The notes beneath the pieces were generated by a model. That model saw only the letters and a program-made list of their open reading frames with translations. It was not told where the DNA came from and made no database searches. A stretch of DNA of 64,000 bases from Squalus acanthias (lineage: Eukaryota). Each line of letters opens with the position of its first letter. Within the stretch, counting starts at the first letter, position 1. This document shows positions 11,686 to 23,705 of the stretch, one piece after another. Where the stretch lies: the NCBI GenBank assembly GCA_030390025.1, contig CM059432.1, positions 57,972,001 to 58,036,000 of the forward strand. Reading direction: 5' to 3'. The position numbers were made by a program, and so were the translations under genes.

Positions 11686-13400
11686 CACTGGTACTGATGG
11701 GATACACTTATTGTATTCTTAACATATCTTAATAGATAATGCCTCCACTAATTTATCGTATACTACAGATTCGCTTTAAAATGTTGCAATTATCCAAACA
11801 ATGTTGTTAAATTGGAAAAAAATCTGATGTAGAAACGTATTTGAAAATGTATATTCAATGTCTTCAGTTCCCATTAAACGTGAGGGCGCACTGTGGCACA
11901 ACGTCAAGTATTTGATAGACTTAAGTGACTTCAAGGTACAATACAAGCCGGTCAATATTTACAGATTTACTGTGCTGTGGGTAGTTGGTAGCCATCCTAT
12001 TCTGATCAGACCTGCCGAGGTATGTTTGCAAGCGGCTTCTCTCTATAACAGCCGACCACTCACCTCGGGGAGTGTTACTGGGGAATAACACAAACACTCA
12101 GACAGAAGCTTGGGCTCCATTGCAGAGTGCATGTCTCGGAACTATTTACTGACACGACTTAGGCGTATTGGCTAAATAAATACCCTGGCTGTACAGGAAG
12201 AAGTAACTGCCGATTGTTATTGGGGATAACGATTAAATTCAATCTCCAAAGGTTAATCCATCCTTTAAACATCTGGAGAAGATATTGCGCCTTGGATGGG
12301 TTATGGGAGATTCATTTTTTCGTATTTTAAATACATTACAAAATATCTTTCTGATTAATTTATTTAATACTTATTTATTTATGCTTAATTTGTGGACTCA
12401 TGACATTGTTCGTCTAGTTGATGAAGATAAACATCTATTTTTAGGGCTTTTAACGCGCTTGAAGGAAACGCGAAGACTTGAAATGCAACAGTCCCATCGG
12501 TAGAGGGAGTCTGACCTCGCCGGTCTGATCAACAGGCTGCGTCTGAAGACTGGGCTTGAAGCACACGCTGGTGAAAGGACACACGCAAGGGAAAGGGGGC
12601 GAGAGCGGTGGGTGTTGGCTTTCGAGAGATCCTTATTCTATCCCCATAAAAGTAACTATGCAGCAAAATAGTGCTTTCCTTTTGCTTGGAAGAATGTTTG
12701 TCAGCAATTCAATGTCATGAAGATCCCATTTACTGACCGAGCAACTTTGGCTGGGATATCTGAGCCCACCGTCCCGCGAACTTATCTCGAAGTGAGGCAG
12801 GCTGTGCTACCGCAGTGACATGCCCCCACTGCGCAAAATCACTGCTTAAATAAAATACTTTGTGTATTGGTTATCGACATATATATGATGTAATGCCATC
12901 GCCAAAGGCTCCTGATCACTGATGGTCAGCAGGATTTGCAGGTACATCTTTAACCCATCAGACCTGGTGTAGTAGGAAATACCACACAGTGTCCCGGGGA
13001 GATAGAATCCTGACAACAAATCCAACCTACCTTAACATTCATCAGGCATAAATAAAACAGTCAGGTATCAGCGCCGGGTTAGACAGACAAAGATGAGGAC
13101 AAAGACTGATGACAATAAGTGTAGAAAGATGAGAGAATGGGGGATCTGAACACAGATTCAGTTAATTTCATATCCAGATTACACAGCTGGATAAATACCT
13201 CACTTACAAAGACAAAATAACATGCCTGGCGAAAGGTGCAGATTGATGGGCTCGGCCGAGACTAAATAAACCATTTTCTGGCTACATGTATTCTACATAT
13301 ACATTGCAAATCGCTCTGCTTAGTTCCCCCCGTCAGAAATGTAATGCCGTATTGTGTGCGTATATCCACATACCGCTTGTATAACATGTACGTGCGCTAC

Positions 13401-14258
13401 CTGGTTTGTGGTTGGGATTGCACCTCGGGGGATGAGTAGCTGTACCACAACGTGGAGAGTGGATGTCAGGAAGCCAGCCAAGATCGCCCAGGTCAAGGGC
13501 AGAGGAAGCATGCTGTATGTGGCAAAAAGGGTAAAAAGCACGTAGCCGATGCCGTCTCCCAACAGTCCGTAGCCGAGGCCAGTGGCCAGAATCTGAGTGG
13601 CCATAACCACCCAGGTCACCAGGCCGCTGTACTGCAGATAACTGTGCGAAGTCGTGTCTTTCTTCACCACCACTAAGGCACAGATAACCACCTCGATGCC
13701 GGTGAAAAATCCCAGCAGGATGCCTTTGGCTGGGTCCATGGGGGTCGAGGCCAAGGTTAGGTGAAGAATCAGGACGGTCAGTTTGGTCAGCACGTCCAAG
13801 ATGTTCATCACTACCACCGACTTGCGCCTCTGACCCAAGAAGTAGCGCTGGTAGAGTCGCTCCAGATCCCTGGACTTGAAGGAGTTCTTCAGAGTTGGGA
13901 AGATCACCCCTCGGTAGGTGTAGCCCCAGTTGAGAAAGAAGTCGGAATTACTGGGGGCGCAGTCCAGGTGCAGGAAGCCCAGATCGTTGCTTGTGCGCTC
14001 AGGGAACACTTTGGTGCTCCCGTTGTTGTGTCCGCTTATGGACATCTTGCCCGCAGATTGCTTCCTTCTGTTGGGACTCCATGAGTCTTCCGAAGAGGAG
14101 ATGGTTTTGGCGCTGGTTTGTTCGTTTATGAACCTCTGTTCGGTGATGTGCCGAACCGCATTTTGCCAAAGCAGTCTTTTAGGTCTCGTTCCTGGAGTCT
14201 TGTTAATGGTATAGAGTTCGTCGCTTGCGCTGGAGCATCTAACCTCAGATAATTCCAT
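13401..14258 (-). CDS. ADCY8: Adenylate cyclase type 8, coding exon 1 (286 codons: N-terminal cytosolic domain and most of the first transmembrane cluster)
   Basis: Translation MELSEVRC...[16 protein letters not shown]...[19 protein letters not shown]...[21 protein letters not shown]...[15 protein letters not shown]...TNQ matches vertebrate AC8 as I know it. ATG at 14258; donor CAG|GTAGCG after 13401; phase 0. Confidence 0.97.
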
Positions 14259-14883
14259 GATTTTGTATTTCCTTATTAGTAACACACTATAAAATTACCA
14301 CGAGCGTCCTTTCATCTTCCATATTTAGCCAAGGATACTTTGCAACACAGATTAGCGACTGCTCAAACCTCACAGGCCTGATTCCAATGACCATACTCAC
14401 GATAGCTGCTTTCCCCTCAATTAATTATCGCATCCTTTAATCGGAAGCCCAAATATTTCTAACCTGGAGATCTTGCATCCCGTCTTTAATGAAAAGTCGA
14501 GTCTGGGGAACGAGCCTCATTTCCCGGTTCTCGCCCCTGCTCGTCTGCGGATGACAAGAGTAACTGGATTCCCGTCAGAAAGAGCGCCGGACATCCCACT
14601 AAGTAAACAGGGTGGTAAAAGTGTTCCGAGCTAAGTGGTTTTCTACTGGAGACAGGACGCGGGGCTGAAGGCGAGCCACAGAACCGCACCACAGCTCCAC
14701 TGGGCGCCCGTGCTGAGAATAGCGAGCAAGCGGAGGCAGTGGAGCGGCCCCTGCTCGTCTCAGTCTCGCTGCTTGTCTTAGTCTTGCTGCTGGCATTAGA
14801 GTTGTTGATAGTGTCAGTGCCGGGTATGGAATGGATTAAAACGCGTACTGAGGCTGACAGAGAAACGCTGAGGGTGGGGGTGC

Positions 14884-14891
14884 TGACGTCA
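14884..14891. promoter_or_regulatory. Full palindromic cAMP response element (CRE) in the ADCY8 upstream region
   Basis: Exact TGACGTCA about 630 bp upstream of the ATG, in non-repeat CpG-rich sequence. Mammalian Adcy8 promoters are known to carry a CREB-responsive CRE. Confidence 0.7.
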
Positions 14892-14909
14892 ACTGCTCTC
14901 AGCAAATAT

Positions 14910-15680
14910 GCATGGGGGAGGGGGGAGAAAGCAGGAGAGAGACTGAAGAGGGAGAGGGAGTCAAAGGGACGCAAAAACAAAGATATCAACGGAAACAAAT
15001 TGACAAGTAGGCAGACAAAAATGGGACAGAAACCGATTGAGACAAATACAGATAGTAAAAGAGAGAGGTGGAAACAGTGACAGAGAGAGAGAGAGTCGAA
15101 GAAATAGAGACAGGGAGACACAGGTCTCGAAGAGAGGGACAGCGAAAGGGACAGAGAGGGGACAAAGTGGCCAAGACACTGGAAGTTAATGTATGATGGG
15201 GAGAAAGGCAAAAACTGAAAGCCATCGGAATGCAATACACGGCTCTGACTATACAAATGTGTGCAGGATAAATATCAGAGGGGCAAGAAAACAAAATGAG
15301 AGACAAAGAAAGTGAAAAAAGAGAGAATGAGTGTTATGGACACAGTCTGAGACAAAGAGGACATCAGAGATAACAAAAGATCCCCAGAGGAAGCAATTCT
15401 AAATTACACTAGGGAGGTAAATGGAGAGGAAGAGTGATGGAGAAAGGGTTAAAGAGAAGGAACAGGGACAGAGCTGAGACATGTAACAAGAAAGAATGAA
15501 AAGGAGCAGCGAGTGAGAAGGAGGAAGGCAGAATGGAAACGCAAGACAAAAGAGTGTGAACAAAAACGAAAGTGTGAGCTAGAAACAAGGGCAAGGATGA
15601 CAAATGAAAGGCAGTGAAAATCGGATATATGAGAGAGCCCCAGTGTGAGAGGGGAGGGGGCGTGAGAAAGGGACAGAGGC
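14910..15680 (+). repeat. Long purine-rich (GA-rich) low-complexity tract with a short (AG)n
   Basis: Plus strand is overwhelmingly A/G, e.g. cagagagagagagag near 15081. Confidence 0.8.
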
Positions 15681-15699
15681 TTGTATTTAACTATATTCT

Positions 15700-16065
15700 G
15701 AATAGGTATGTGTACATATCGTGCATGTATTTATTGATATGCACAATGCCCACACGTCTATAATATATATATATTACAGATACTAAATAGGTAATTATAT
15801 ATAAACCGTATGCGCTATATATTTACTTCTAAGCGTTCTATATATGTGCATACATTGCACATGTATACACTGTATTTGTACATTTCCTTGATATAGAAGC
15901 ATTTTATGCACACCGCATACGTATTTGTACAGAAGGACAGTGTGTATGCATTGTCAATGGATTGTGAATATATACATACTCCACATATATCTGTGATTAC
16001 AATGTATATGTGCATTTGTACATCTCTGTATATATAGGTACGAATGCAAAATATGTATTTACGCA
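15700..16065. repeat. Cryptic alternating purine-pyrimidine (TA/CA/TG) low-complexity region
   Basis: Runs such as tatatatatat, tatatgtgcatacattgcacatgtatacac, tgtgtatgca. Confidence 0.7.
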
Positions 16066-16121
16066 TCATGGATCTTCAATTTGTTCACATACTTGCTTTT
16101 AGACTGCAATTCATTAACGTA

Positions 16122-16224
16122 ATAGAAACAGAAAATGCTGGAGATACTCAGCAGGTCAGGCAGCATCTGTGGAGAGAGAAACAGAGTTAACGTTTCAGGT
16201 CGATGACCTTTCGTCAGACCTTTT
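16122..16224 (-). mobile_element. Penelope 3'-end insertion with hammerhead core, 9-bp TSD
   Basis: TSD ATTAACGTA (16113-16121 and 16225-16233). Minus strand reads CTGACGA A AGGTC ATC GACCT GAAAC GTT AACT. Confidence 0.8.
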
Positions 16225-17204
16225 ATTAACGTACTCGAATTTTCGGTTTAATCAAGTGTCGTGCCAATGTCTTTATGAATTGCAACCCCCCTTTCTCAAT
16301 GGAGTAAAATACTGGTGGCCTCATACAGTGGGGGTCCATTTGACGAGGTTACAGGATAATTCTAATTATGGGAAACAAGGTTCAAGACGTCGCCTTTAAC
16401 TATCATCTCCATAAAGTATTACAACTGCGCGGGTTCATGAATAGAACCGAAGCAGGCGTTTAAAATTGTGTTTCGATCATGCATAAAAAACAAGAATGGA
16501 CGGATCTATCAAAGATGGATAGCAATAGTCACAAATATTTTCCAAAAAAAGTCCGACAATCTGATTCAGTGAAGGCGGCGCATCAATCGTTCCGGGTTCA
16601 CTGGTTCTGCCAGTATACACCGACTGCAGCTCAGCAACAAAAGGGCCAGTAAAATCCCCGCAAATTCAGGTTACGACTTCCTCAGAAGGAGTCTCGGAGA
16701 AGGAAATTCAGCCCAAGGAATGATGATGGATAGATTTCATCAATGGCTGTCTTCGGAGATTCCATCACTTCGCTCTTTAATTTCCAAGGATGAGGTGGTT
16801 TTCGTGACCAAACTTTCCCCGATATATCTGGTCTCTTTGGTAGGTCGCAGTTTGTAGTTTTATACATTAATTGGCATAGAGCTCGTCACTTCACCACTCA
16901 ATATCGATTATTCCTTCTCAAGAGCTTCTCATTAGCTGACTCTCAGCTCTGCAACAAACTTAGTTATTCGCTTCTGAAGTATGAATGAACACTGAATTGG
17001 CTCTATAACAAGGTAGATTAATGGCTTCATATATCCATGTGCAGTGAAGCATTCGGGCTTCGGACGAAATCTTGACTCGGGATGCACTGTTCAATCCATG
17101 CTTCCATTCCTGTAGTTCAGTTCTATTGATTGAACCATTAGTGATCTTCTGTTTTGAGTATAATTGTGATACGCATCAAGAGTTGTAATTCTGCAGTTAA
17201 AGAA

Positions 17205-17575
17205 AAAAAGAAAGTATTTCTTATGTAGCACCTTTCACACCTCAAGACTTCCCAAAGCAGTTTACAGCCAACAAAGTACTTTTGAAGTGTAGTCACTGTT
17301 GTAATGTAGGAATCACAATTTACTCACAACAAGGTCCCACAAACAGCAATGTGATAATGACCAGATAATCTGTTTAGTGATGTAGGTTGAGTGATAAATA
17401 TTGGGCAGGACACTGGGAGAATTCCTTTGATCTTCTTCAAAATAGTGTCATAGGATCTTTTACTGTCCACCTGAGAGAGCAGATGGGGCCTCGGTTTAAT
17501 GTCTCATCTGAAAGACAGTACCTCTGACGTGTAACACTTTCTCAGTACTGCACAGGAGTGTCTGCCTAGATTTTG
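17205..17575 (-). mobile_element. DeuSINE (SacSINE1-like)
   Basis: Reverse complement contains the Deu core ctttcagatgagacattaaaccgaggccccatctgctctctcaggtgga..aaagatcc..tgacactatt, and tail aaaggtgctac.taagaaatactttc. Confidence 0.75.
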
Positions 17576-19033
17576 TTTCCTTATGTTGTTGAATCATGTT
17601 AGAAATTAGATTTTCCACTAATCAACAATCACAAATGCTTCACTTTTCTTGCAGTGACTATAACACATCAAAATAGGAACCACTTGAAAATAACAAGTAT
17701 AAAATTAGAACTTTTACTGAGATATTTCAATACTTTGTGTAACTAAATGCTTTTGCTGTGAATATCTAGACTCCTCAGGTAAGAGATGTCAGTGCTGGGA
17801 ATGGAACATCTCCATTTATCACCTCAAGCTTTCACTAGTTAAGGATAGTGTGACTGGATGTAGAGCAGGTCTCTATTCTGTTGCTACAATGCCGTTTATT
17901 GTCAACTTCATTAGCACCCCACCCCCGCCCCAGGTTATTCTTTTTTGATTTTGCACTCTTGTGGCTTCTCTGGGTGAGATTGCAAAATTAATGTCAATCT
18001 GCACCAAATTAGATGGATATCAGTACTCTGGAGCATATCCATTAGGAACTAAATCAATCACCCTTGTCACCCATTAAGCACTAAATGATATGCTAGGACA
18101 CTTACTATCAGACAACCTGCATCATTCAGGCAATTATATTATACCCATCATACTCTTATCTTACCAATTCCATTGATGTTTTCTGTCTCTATCACCCAGT
18201 TAGGTCATCTGTGGCATTACACCTTTGCTGGTTCTGTACTGGATTCAGCCCACCTGCAGTAATGCCAAAGCCATTGTTGAGGCCTTGTGAACTTTATCAA
18301 ATTAGAGAGTCTGGTTTCAGCAACACATTTCTCTTACACAGAAACATTTATACAATTGTTGTCAAGGAGATATTTATACATTTTAACTACATGATTTTGA
18401 TAAAATCCTATCTATTTTAGTTACAAGATTACAGAGAGCATTAGCATGGTGGATAAGGGAGTATCTCTGGATTTTGTCTATATGGGCTTACAGAAAGCAT
18501 TTGATAAGGTTCTGCACAAGAGATTATTAGCAAAAATGAGAGCACACGTAACCTTGTGACATTAATTGGTAATTGTTTGGGAGGTAGGAGACGAGTAGGA
18601 GACAAGGGTTCATTCTGACTGTCCTGCTGTGACAAGTGGTATTCCATAGGGATCTGTACTGGGGCCTCAGCTTCTCACCATATATATTAATGACTTGGAT
18701 GAAGGAATAGGGAATTGTATATCCAAGTTTGCAGATGACACTAAGTTAGGAGGCAGAGTAAGTTGTGTAGAGGGGAGCAGGAAGTTGCAAAGGGACATCG
18801 GCAGACTAAGTGAGTGGGCAAAACTATGGCAGATGAAGATCAATGTGGGGAAGTTTGAGGTCATCCACTTTGGATCTGAGCAACTGGAATATTTTCTTAA
18901 TGGTGAGACTAGGAGCTGCGGAGGAGCAAATGGATTCCATGTATACATATCATTAAAAGCTAGTGCATAGGTATAAAAATTAATTTAAAAGCGAATGGAA
19001 TGTTGGCCTTTATAAGAGGGTTAGAATTCAAAA

Positions 19034-20006
19034 GTGAGGGCACAGAATGTACTCTGGGTGGGGGACTTCAATGTCCATCACCAAGAGTGGCTCGGTAGCA
19101 CCACTACTGACAGAGCTGGCCGAGTCCTGAAGGACATAGCTGCCAGACTGGGCTTGCAGCAGGTGGTGAGAGAACCAACACGAGGGAAAAACCTATTTGA
19201 CCTCGTCCTCACCAATCTACCTGTCGCAGATGCATCTGTCCATGACAGCATTGGTAGCAGTGACCACCGCACAGTCATTGTGGAGATGAAGTCCCGTCTT
19301 CACACTGAGGACACCCTCCATCGTGTTGTGTGGAACTACCACTGTGCTAATTGGGATAGATTCAGAACAGATCTAGCAGCTCAAAACTGGGCATTCATGA
19401 GGATGTGGGCCAACAGCAGCAGCAGAATTGTATTCCACCACATTCTATAACCTCATGGCCAGCATATCCCTCACTCTACTATTACCATCAAGCCAGGGGA
19501 CCAATCCTGGTTCAATGAGGAGAGTAGAAGAGCATGCCAGGAGCAGCAACAGGCGTACTTAAAAATGCGATGTCAACCTGGGGAAGCTGCAACACAGGAC
19601 TACATGCATGCTAAAAAGCGGAAGGAGCATGCTATAGACAGAGATAAGCGATCCCACAATCAATGGATCAGATCAAAGCTCTGCAGTCCTGCCACATCCA
19701 GTCGTGAATGGTGGTGGACCATTAAACAACTAACAGGAGGAGGAGGCTCCATGAATATCCCCATCCAAGTTCCCCTCCAAGTCACACACTATCCTGACTT
19801 TGAAGTATATCGCCGTTCCTTCATCGTCGCTGGGTCAAACTCCTGGAACTCCCTCCCTAACAGCACTGTGGGAGTACCTTCACCACACAGACTGCAGCAG
19901 TTCAAGAAGGTGACTTACCACCACCTTCTCAAGGGCAATTTAGGGATGGGCAATAAATGCTGGCCTTGTCAGCGACGCCCACATCCCAGGAACGAATTAA
20001 AAAAAA
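19034..20006 (+). mobile_element. Internally deleted LINE of a second CR1/L2-group family (APE endonuclease region joined to the 3' end, A-tail)
   Basis: WVGDFNVHH...REPTRGKNLFDLVLTN...SDHRTV endonuclease motifs; junction near 19765 to the ORF end SWNSLP; A-run at about 19999; AAAAGTGA on both sides. Confidence 0.8.
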
Positions 20007-20406
20007 GTGATGTAACAGTTGTACAGAGTCTTGGTCAGACCACATCTGGAGTATTGCTTTCAGTTTTGGACACCAAGGGCTGAATCATTACCTTTGCATG
20101 TGGATGGCAGCGGCGGGGGTGGGTGGGGGAGTGCGCGGCATGGATTGCGTCGGGAATACCGGCGTTGGAGAGGCGCGTTTTGGAGTGGCTTTTTAACGAA
20201 GCCACTGCAATTGAATCAGACTTCCGGATTTCCTGACCAATTAACTGGAGCGGGTCCGATGATGTCACGGATGACTCGACTTCAGCTGAGCTATTTAAAG
20301 GAGCAATGCACAGATGTCACTTGAAGGCTGGTGGAGGTAGAAGCCAGGTTGTGAGAGACGTGAATTGGTTGTGCTCTAACAATTTGATAAAACTCAAACC
20401 TTAATT

Positions 20407-22017
20407 ATGGAGGCTCAAATGCAGAAAGCAGCCCCAAGATTCAGTGATGCCTCCTTGGAGATATTACTCCAAGGAGTCAGGGCCCACAGGGACATCCTCT
20501 TCCCTGATGATGGGATGAAGAGGCCAGATGCTCATACGAAAAATGAATGGCTGGAGATTGCTGACAAAGTGAGCAGCAGGAGTATTGTTGGCAGGATTTG
20601 GATCCTGTGTCAGAAACACTTTAACAACCTCATAAGGTCAGGGAAGGTGAGTACAATGCCACATTGCCCTGATGTGTGTTTCACCCCAATCCCCTCACTC
20701 TGAGTTCCCAAGCCTACTCCTGCACATCACTCCTCACATCAAGCTACGTTGCAGGTGCACCCATCGCTCACTGTCTATGCACTTACTCAGATCCCCATCT
20801 GACCATCCACCACTGACACTCACCCTCATCTTAATGCAATATAATGCCTCTTCCTCATATTCACCCTCCACAGATGTTGCCCATCCACTCATTCCATGAC
20901 TTTCACTCAAAGGTCTCTTGTTTCCCTCCTTGCAGGAGAAGAGAGCACAGAACACCCAGGGGAGGCAGCAAACCGGTGGTGGCCCTCCAATCACGACACT
21001 GCTCACTTCAGCAAAAGAGGAGGCCCTGGAGCTGAGTTGTGTTGCTGAGTTGTGTTGCGGAGCTGCTGGCGGTGGGAGATGGAGAGAGTGGGGATCTCCC
21101 AGCTACCTGGTGACAGAATTAAATATCATACAGCACAGGGCACACAACAGTCACTCATGTTGACTTGATGTCAGCAGCCAGTGAAATATGATCATGTGCA
21201 TAATGGTAACTTAAAACATTCTTTTCAGAACCGTTCTAATTCATGTCTTTACTCTCCCACAGGCCCATCAAGTATCCACCCGCCTCCCACCCCCCCCCAC
21301 TGTCCAGCCAGAGGAGGAAGACGAATCCTCAGAGGAGGTCGCGGACTTGAAGGTGCACCATCACACGACCCATGCACACCAAGCACCAGCGCATATACAT
21401 ACACATCGGTGGGTCCAGTAAGTGAGAAAGTAGTGTTGTCACCTGGTGTCTCACAGATTGCATGTTAGCAAAAGTAGATGGAGGAGACAGGGATAGCAGT
21501 GGAGAGTCCTCGTCGGAGGGCGCAGGACACTCCAAGCAGTGCTCGGCTGGACGAAGGTGCTGAACCTTGGGGGCCGTTGACAGAGCGGATGATTCTTGAG
21601 GAGCAACAGAAAATGCGGGAGGCTCTGGCAGCTTTTCCAGCTGCGATGTGCTCGATTGTAGGGAGAATGGAAGAGTCCATCTCCAGCATGACCAGCATGA
21701 TGTCACAGGCCATAGCTATGATGTGTTTGTCCATGGAAAGGGTGGCCACCTGCATGGAGCATCAAATGCGCCAGTCAAACGAGTGCATGCTTGCTGTGAA
21801 CAACAGATTGCAGATTCTGATTGCAGCCAAATTAAGGATGGATAAAAACCTAGACTTGGCTGTTCATCGCCCCACTGATGTGCAGCAAAGTGCTCTCCGG
21901 CTCCTTGCAAGCAGGGAAGTGCAAGTAGGCCATGAGAGAGATGATGGTGAGAGGGGACATGGAAGTGGGGACTCTGCTCAAAGCACTCCCACTTCTCCCC
22001 CGTTGCCCTTCCCTTAG
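20407..22017 (+). pseudogene. Harbinger Myb/SANT-like DNA-binding protein gene (spliced, partly decayed)
   Basis: Exon 1 20407-20646 (APRFSDASLEILL...WLEIADKV...CQKHFNNL, donor AAG|GTGAGT); exon 2 from 20936 (tgcag|EKRAQN..QTGGGPP); later coiled-coil-like ORF at 21478-22017. Confidence 0.75.
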
Positions 22018-22534
22018 TCAGAGCCTCATATGTTGCCTCATCTCCCGATGGCCGAGACTGCCCCTTGCAGCAGTCTTTGGCGGGGCTCTCACAGGCTCCA
22101 AAAATCAGAAGACATCCACAAAAGTGTCTAAACAGTCAGAGCAGAGAAGTGAGCAGCCTGCCTCTACCTCTGCTGAAACCACAGGGGTTGTATGGTGTAG
22201 GAGTTGTAGGACGAGAAAGATGACTCAATTGTAGATGTACAAGGGTATGCACATGGCTGTTATAAAATGTTTGATGGTTAAGTTTCTGTTGAATTTTTGA
22301 GCCACATAAAATTTATTTCTTTGCACCACTTTCCCGTCTTGCCCATTTTTGCCTGCTGCCTGGCAAGTGGCACTGTCAGTTGGAGTGAATGGTAAGACAT
22401 TGCTCAACCTCGAGCAATGGGTGTGTGTGACAGGAATGGTTTAGTCATTTTAAGACTGCTTTGTGGTGGTGGTGGGGGAGGGGGGGTGGTAGCTGGTTCA
22501 GCATCTGGGTGCCATATGGGTGCACTGGTGCAAC

Positions 22535-23705
22535 CTAACTAAATCGTGCCATTATGAGGCCATCCTGGGCATCCCGAGCAGCAATGTGCGCTGCTGCTGG
22601 TGCCATGTCCACTTCAGGTTCCTCCTCCTCCTCCTCGTGTTCCTCCTCCTCCTCGTGTTCCTCCTTCTCCTCTGAAGAGGCTCTGCGCCTTGCTCCTCCT
22701 GCAGCTCCAATCCTCAGTGCTGCGCTATATTGTGCAGAGTGCAGCATACCACGATCATTCTGGAGACCCTGGCTTGTGCATATTGAAAAGCTCTTCCAGA
22801 TCTGTCCAGGCATCTGAAGCGCATCTTCAGCATCCCGATTGCTTGCTCTGTCACACATCTCATCGTCATTTGGCTTTGATTGTAGCACTCTTCTGCCTCA
22901 TTTCTTGTCCTCCTTAAGGGTGTCATCAGCCACGTCTTCAGCGGATAGCCCTTGTCTCCAAGCAGCCACCCAGTAAGTCCATTTGGAGGTGCAAAGAGCT
23001 GAGGGAGAGTGGACTGGCGCAGGACGAATGCATCATGACAGCTGCCTGGGAATCTGGCGCACACATGCACGATGATCTTTTTGTGGTTACAGACGAGCTG
23101 CACATTGATGGAGTGGAAGTCCTTGCAGTTCACGAACACTCCTGGGTGATCTGGGGGTGCGATGATGCCCTGCACCTGTGGGAAGCCAGCCAGAGCTGCA
23201 AAGCCGCTTCATCAGTGGCAAAGTGTACATAAGTACCTGACTTGTCAAACATGGCATTGGTCACCTGGGTGATGCATTTGTGGGCGGTCGACTGTGAGAT
23301 CCTGCACATGTCTCCTGCAGATCCCTGGAAGGATCCTGAGGTGAAGAATGTGAGGGTGGTGGTGACTTTGACAGCCACTGGTAAGGCATGGCCATCAGGT
23401 CCACTTGGCAGCAGGTCTTCTTTCAGCAGGCTACAAATGTCTGCCACGACCTGATGTGATAGCCAGAGCCTCCTGAGCCACTGCTGTTCAGACATGTCCA
23501 GGAAGTTGATCCTCTGCCTGTCTACTCTGTGTTGGGGGTATTGCCTCCTGTGAGATGCACCCCTGTGCTCATCCCCTCTCCTGTGGAGCAGCAGGTCTGT
23601 GAGGAGAAGGCTGCTGCTGCTCCTGCTGGTGTTGCTGGTGTTCTTGCTGCTGCTGCTCATTCTGGCCCTCATCTGAGATTCAAGGTGAAACAGCATAAGC
23701 GGCAC
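22535..23705 (-). pseudogene. Harbinger (HARBI1-like) DDE transposase, frameshifted
   Basis: Motifs spread over three frames: FFTSGSFQ...[74 protein letters not shown], then an acidic tail. Confidence 0.88.

Larger units (their letters stand above)
10600..14900. promoter_or_regulatory. CpG-enriched, TE-poor domain over the ADCY8 promoter, exon 1, intron 1 and exon 2
   Basis: CpG dinucleotides are visibly more frequent than in flanking unique DNA, even in AT-rich stretches. Judged by eye; no obs/exp ratio computed. Confidence 0.55.

Noticed and set aside
13066..13090. Possible REST/RE1 site (tcagcgcc...agacag) in intron 1
   Set aside because: Mismatches in both half-sites and non-canonical spacing.
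13320..14285. The 321-aa ORF as the full ADCY8 exon or protein
   Set aside because: The first 9 codons (GTG start) precede the conserved MELS start, and the last 26 or so codons are read-through past the splice donor at 13400.
14486..15306. 256-aa and overlapping ORFs upstream of ADCY8
   Set aside because: Ser/Leu/Phe-rich products of a pyrimidine-rich strand that lacks stop codons by composition; no recognisable domain.
22535..23705. Host HARBI1 gene
   Set aside because: Frameshifted, paired with a Myb gene and enclosed by TIRs and a TSD.
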